This document shows positions 57,211-64,000 of a stretch of DNA of 64,000 bases, in pieces. Position 1 is the first letter of the stretch. Every line of letters begins with the position of its first letter. The DNA lies in assembly GCF_009914755.1 (NCBI RefSeq), contig NC_060933.1; one strand, 5' to 3'. The notes under the pieces were generated by a model. The model saw nothing but the letters and a program-made list of their open reading frames with translations, searched no databases and was not told where the DNA came from. The position numbers and the translations under genes are program-made. This DNA is from the human T2T-CHM13v2.0 reference genome, Homo sapiens.

Positions 57211-58046
57211 CTTGATAGATATTTTCAAATTTTCCTCCAAAATGGTTACTTCAATTTAAACTTTCAAAATTTTACCTATTCTTTTACTATTGTCTTTGAC
57301 CTCTATGTTATTTTTTACCTATATAAAGCTTCACAGTTTTTAGTCATAGTTATCAATCTTTTACTTTCTGGCTTCTATGAAAGAAATAATTCCAGGTTCT
57401 TTATTAATCTGAGGACAGTAACGAGGTGAGAACATTTTTACTAAATTCTGTAGCATCCAGATTAGTCTGTCATGTAACTGTGAACACCCAATGTTCTATT
57501 TGACTCTAAATTTGCACTGGTTCCATGCACATTAACCAATATTTTCTTCTTCCATTTTAATCATGCCTACTCTTTATTTCTCATGTTTATCCCATACCTA
57601 CAGTAAATCTCTTCCTAATGTCTGCTTACATGAAAGATGCTGAGGAAGAAACAAACATGAAAGAGACCCAGTTTCTGCTCTCAGTTTACAGAGGAGAGGA
57701 GATGAAATGTGATTATAGGCATGGTCAATGCTGAAAGAAAGGCAAGAAAAAATGTCACAAGATTTCAGAGGAGAGATGACATCCAGCTGACAAGATTAGG
57801 AAATGCTTTGGGGAAACAGAGGTATTTAATTTGGGTCTCTAATTCTAGGTAAGATTTGTATGTATGAAAAGTGGGATAGAGAAACAGCAGGCACAAAGAC
57901 AGAGAAGGGAAACAGAGTATGTAAAAGAAACAGCTAGAAGCTCAGTTGGCCTGAAGTGTAAGGCTGCACATATAAGAGCACACGCAAGGGCAGGAGCCTT
58001 GGACCCCGGTCATTTAGTCATTAAAACTTTTTAAAAGAATGTATAC

Positions 58047-58342
58047 GACCGGGCGCAGTGGCTCACACCTGTAATCCCAGCACTTTGGGAGGCTTGAGTG
58101 GGTGGATCACTTGAGGTCAGGTGTTCAAGACCAGCTTGGCCAAAATGGTGAAACCCTGTCTCTACTAAACATATAAAAATTAGCTGAGTGAGATGGTGCC
58201 TGACTGTAATCCCAGCTACAGGGAGGCTGAGGCACAAGAATGGCTTGACCCAGGAGGCAGAGGCTGCAGTGAGCCAAGATTGCACCACCACTGCATGCCA
58301 GCCTGGGTAACACAGCAAGACCTTATCTCAGGAAAAAAAAAA
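58047..58342 (+). mobile_element. AluS
   Basis: Sense dimer with polyA. Confidence 0.92.
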
Positions 58343-60080
58343 TGTGTATAGCCATAGCAAAAAAGGAAATGCTGGGTATTGTGCAGTGTGGAGTTTTTGG
58401 AGTATAATACCATTCCAATGTTTGTCAATTCTGCTTATGGGTTTTTGTTGTTGTTATTGTTCTTATAAATCTTTTCCTCTCCATTCTTACAGTGTCCTGT
58501 TTGTCCTCAATTTTCTCAATTTAAAAATACTGGATTAGGAATTCCTGCATTTTCTTGACCTAACGAGCAATTTGGCTATGTCCAAATTGCAGGCTGCCAT
58601 TTATTGCCCTATTTTACTAAGAGTTAGTAGTGAAACTGTCTTAAAACACACTGTCGAGCAGCTCTCAACTATCTCTGAAGTGACACTTAGTCTCCTGGGC
58701 TTAAAGGCGAGCAATGACATGGTCCTTCTGCCTCTGGCTTTTGGGGCAGCCTGCGACCCTTGAAAAGGTTTCCAGTTATTTGGAGGGATGTGTAATTCTC
58801 TCAATCTAGAAGGCCAGATTTCCCCTTTGCCCGAGCACTGGAAACAAACAATTGGCTAATGTGACAGCCTCCTCACTCATCCTAGAAGTAATTGTATCAA
58901 TTTGACTTTGTGGCCTGGAGGTGGGGGATGTGAGAGTCTAATAGGATTTAAACTCCAATTCTTTTCAGCTGCTGGCTAGGATTGGTGAATGGAGATAAAT
59001 AGAACCCCTTTGCTATTTTTATAAATTCCAGCTTTGATGTAGGCTTAGATTTGAAACATCTGAAATTTCTCCAGAGATGACATATAAAAACTACAGGGAA
59101 AAGGTACAGAAAACCTACCTTGAGTTAAAGAGTTTGTCTCTGTTTCTCTTCTAGACAGTGTTTGGGGAAATGATCTCTATACGGTTTTATTATTACTGAT
59201 CACTCTGTACTCCTTCTTGAGCATTTGTCAACAAATTGCTCCAATAAAAGTACTTGTAATAAATTTCACGTGTTCTGTGGGTTCATTGCCTTGTAGGTAC
59301 AATTCTTCTCAGATATATTGCAGTTTGGTGGTTCAATGACTTTGTAATTTAAACTGTAACTTATAGAAGGAAGGAAACTGACTTATCTTCTGAAAGTAAT
59401 GACTTAAAGCTACTATATTCTGAAGACCTGAGAGTTTCATGGCTCTGTTGTTTCTGTCTTGTTTGTGTGTTCATTAGAGTGTGCTCAAACTGGAGAGGGG
59501 ATAATTGAGTCTGAGAACTGTCTCAAATCAGGAACTTTTGAAGCAACTGTGCTTATTTATGTTAGAGAAGAAAAAACAGGAGACACATGCTAACATTATT
59601 CAGATACTGCAAGTAAATATCATTAAGAGGAAATAGACTTTGATGGTATTTCCAGTAGGGCTAACCAGTAAGCACTGGAGGTAAGTTACATGGGGGCAGA
59701 TTTGAATTTAATAGAAAAATGTATTTTCTATCACTATCCAACAATGGAACAAATTGGCCAATGCTAAAAATATAGGCTGGGTAACTTTTGAGGTTATAAT
59801 TACTCTCCAACATCATTGTCAATTTTAAGTCAATTCATTCATTGACTCATTCCTGATTCATTCATTCAATTATTAATTACCTTAAGGATTTATTAGGAAC
59901 CAGTGTGTGTAAAAACAATAATGAATGACAACAGATGTGGCCCCAGGATGTGGACTGTGACTCCCTCACAGTCTGGTAGGGAGAGAAACAATGACCGAAT
60001 AATCAAGCAATGAGTGCATGATATTAAACTTGGGTAAATGTCACAAAGTGAAGGAATGTGGTCCTATGACAGCACATGCT

Positions 60081-60408
<328 letters not shown>

Positions 60409-62469
60409 CTAAACCTAGTGGTGGTGTGCTGGGTGATGTGAAGAGAGCTTTCCTGCTGATGCGATGCTGCAGTAGAAAGTTGGAAGATGAGTAAGAGTGA
60501 ATCTGGTGTGGTGGGAAGGGAGACAAGGAGAGAAAGGGAAGAAGAGGTTTCCAAGCAGCCTATCAGCAGCGTTTTGGAATCATGGTGTGAGTTTCCCAGT
60601 CTTTCCTTGAAGTAAGAATGACCTTAGGCTCTTGTTAAGTATACCAGTTTTGAGGGCCTTCCTCTGAAAGTATATCCAGTGGGCTTGGAAATGTTATCAA
60701 ACAACTTGAGTGATTTGATTCTTTAATTTATCCAATAACTTGAGTGATTGTTATCAACATAAAGGTTTCAGATGGGACATTAGCGGAATTAGAAGAAGGC
60801 CATTGTGATGGAAGCACAAAGGTTGTGGGTTGTGGGGTGAGAGGCAGGCTGTGGTCAGTGCATTTGTTTTTATCCTGAGAACATAGTAGGTTTGTAGAAT
60901 TGGTAACTAAAAATTGAGGGAATTCTTTCTTACCACTTCCATTTTCCCTGTGAATGAAGAAACAAAAATGGTTATCCGTATATAGTAGGAGAGGCTGAGC
61001 AGACATCATCACAGTTTTGAGGAAAATGGAGAAATGAGAGAGCCAGTTGGCCAGGAAAAACTAGTAGGACTGATGTGCAGAGTTGACGGCTCACTTGAGG
61101 TTAGGGATTATGGATTTATAGAGGTAACAATTTCCTCTGCAATTGTTTCTCCCCAGCAATTATCAAACTCTTAAGTTTAACTAGAGAGAAAGCCCTATTG
61201 CAGGATTGACCCAGGTTAGATGTGATAAAATACAAAGGCATAAAGAAGTTTGGGGTATGGACAAGAGTGATTTTGAAATGACGGATTATAGCTTGTAAGT
61301 TGGATAAGGAGAAAAGTAAAGAAAGGAACAGGCTGAAAGATTGCTTAACACACACGGATCCGTAGACCAGAGGCTCTGATGAGACCGAAGAGGAAACAGT
61401 TTAAAGCAATCAGTAGAGAGGCAACATTGTGGTTGATGGGTAATATGCTTGGATTTATTATTTTAAGATAGAACATTTTTACATAATATTGATGTCTACA
61501 ATATTACGGTGTCCAGGTGGGTTTCCTGGGGTTGAGTGGAGGAAAAGTTATTGGAAAAGAGACAGCTAAATAAATTAGACAGAAAATCATCTCATCCCTA
61601 CTACTGCGATTTCGGGGAATCATGGCTGGAGAAGGAGATTTTGTTCCAATGCATGACCTGTTGTTTTCTTCCACCCTGATAGTCAATGTGAGGGTGGTTG
61701 CAGGTCAGGGATTTAAGTAGGATGCTAAGACTGGTGTAGGTTATCACAAAGTACATACAACTTAGGGGTCAGGACAGTAACACATCAGGCTGGGGAGACA
61801 ACAGAAGCCAGGAGGGCACAATTACTAGAAAACAAAACACGGCAAGTGGCCAGAAGTTGATGGAAATGGTGAGAAGCTGGAAGAGCTATATACTGAGAGG
61901 AAAGAAAAAGAAAAACTTTTGAAAAATAAGAAAGCCAAGCAAAACTGGGAATTAAGACAATGACAAGATAGACAGGTGGGCAGATAGAACACACCTACAG
62001 TGAAGGAGTCACCTTGCTTTGGTTCAACCTAAGCTGTGTTATTTCCTTGTGACCCTGATGAAAACTGATCTAGATCAAGCCTGGCCTGCACGTAGCAGTC
62101 AGTGAAAACAGCTAATGGATAGGAAAATGTCTGGTTGAAAGGAATGCTTGAAAACATGTTGTCCTTTGTCATTGAAGATGGCCCTGTTATACTTCAGACT
62201 CTATATTGGGATTTGCAGCCAAAAAGAAGAATTTCTTCCTATCTTCCCTTCCCTGATGGTAGCTTATTAGCCCATAGAATTACTGGAAAATAGAACTGTA
62301 ATGCTTGGAAGTCCAGAAATAACATCTCTTCAAGGATCCGTCAGGTGAGGGCTGAAAACCAAATAAATATACGTATTCTCTCTTGCACAAAACCAGTACA
62401 TCTGAAGCTAGAAAGCTACAAGCAGTTTAGGATCTCAAGAAAAATATGGTGAAACAGCTTAAGAAATAC

Positions 62470-63128
62470 TGGATTTTGACCCAGGCAAGAAGGTAATGGT
62501 GCTCCAGAAGGCCTTGCTGTTGCCCTGTTCTGGCTGTGGCTCACATTATAGGCTGAAGAGTCCCTGGAGCCAACTAGGTGGGCCCAAGCAGAGGTGTATC
62601 CCTCTTCTAGACCATGCTTTGATATCTAAGACCCTGGAATCCCCTTTCTAAATGGTCTGACCCTACCTTTAGAGCCTGAGTGGGTCTGTTACCTCTATTA
62701 TCGCTACTAAGGACAAGATGGCGCCACTGGTGGGTATATCCTAGGCTGAGTGGTGACTAAGAAGTGGCTGTTGGTGGAGGCCATGGCTGGAACTTGTACA
62801 CGCAGCCTGGGTGTCCACATACATACAAGTATGAAAAGGAATAGGGGGTGGGAAAAGAAGGGAAGATTGTCAAAGGCCTCAGGCTAGGATCCACAAACCA
62901 GCTATCTGCACTGCCATGATCTGACTCAACTCTGAGGTGTCAAGGATTCTAAACTCAGATCTGGCCTTTCAGGCTTTATGAAATTCTATTTGTCAAGGTA
63001 GAAGGGTAGAACCTATTTTATTTAGCAGTCTATTCACTTGATTTATAACTTTTAAATATTTAGACGTATGGTACGTGATCCTCCATTTGTAAATTTGCCT
63101 AGGCCCCAAATATTTGGGACAGGCCTGG
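62470..63128. mobile_element. hAT-Tip100 relic (MER115/Zaphod-like)
   Basis: 3' part 'ttgatttataacttttaaatatttagacgtatggta...gccccaaatatttgggacaggcctg'. Confidence 0.5.
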
Positions 63129-64000
63129 GCTTCTGTTCACAAGTTATTCTAAATTCATCTAGTCCTTCATTGTAGCACTGTCTTGTGCCTATTAGTTCAT
63201 GTGTGTATCTTTCCTTTTAGACATTTTGCTCTTTAAAGCATGCCCTATTTATTTTTAAATTCCCCAGTGCATAGCTGATTGCCTCTTTACGTATAATAAG
63301 CACTCAATAAATATTTGCTGAATCAGCAAAAAGACTATGCAGTCATGAAATTTCTCTGGCTGAGGCAATGCTCTGATAAGCCTTTCTCTGTTTCTAAAAT
63401 CCCAAGGTCTCCTCCTCTTGCTTAGTCCCTCTAAATTTTATATACATATATATATTCCCTCCACAAAGCTTACTTCCCTTTTCCATTACATGTGAATGTG
63501 AGAGGCAGAGAAAAATGAATTCCTAACAGGTGGCATCAGAATTCCTTTTAGCAAGAGAAAAAGGAATTTCAGACAAATTCTTTTGTCTAAAAAAATACCA
63601 TGAAAATCCTGGTTTACTTGAGAAAATGTATGGGACCCTAGGCTGGCTGAAGTAAAGACATTACAGGGAAAGGAAGATTAATTTTGCATAAAAGATGAAG
63701 CATTTGGCATTCAGGAGGACAATCTGTTAGGAAGGAGGAAGAGAAGAGAGGAGCCAGCCAGATGGAAGACTCAAGATGACATGACCCATCTTTGTGACCA
63801 CCTCCACCCATCCAAGTAAAGACTGCTAAGTTCCCAAGTCATGTTTAATGTGTTTGTTTTTCCCTGGAAACTGAAGAAGAAAGAAATGCATTCTACATTG
63901 GAATTACATGGTGTAGAACAGAGGTAGCATGTGAGAATGCAGAACCCCAGAGATTAAGATTTTCTCTGAGAATGAATTGTCAGCTTTCTGGAAAATTTGT

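Overview
Human genomic DNA: it carries an AluYa5 with all five diagnostic bases. The window is AT-rich, repeat-dense and intergenic or intronic in character, with no intact protein-coding exon that I can support. The main non-repeat signal is a GC-richer ~2 kb block (about 14.8-16.9 kb, minus strand). Read across frameshifts and stops, it reproduces in order the hallmark motifs of the large terminal exon of SPATA31/FAM75/FAM205-family genes, so it is a heavily decayed SPATA31-family pseudogene. The rest is transposon history: (1) a 22x30-bp VNTR grown inside the V-SINE-derived core of a MER6A; (2) a MER45-type element split by AluYa5, MLT1D/AluY and a full THE1A; (3) an L1PA5-like insertion with a ~580-bp 3' transduction polyadenylated at an MST LTR signal; (4) twin-primed 5'-inverted L1 and Alu insertions; (5) an old ~250-bp inverted duplication whose arms were later split by Alu and MSTA insertions. 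Family and subfamily names come from my recollection of consensus sequences, not from a database search. I found no evidence for an intact novel gene system.
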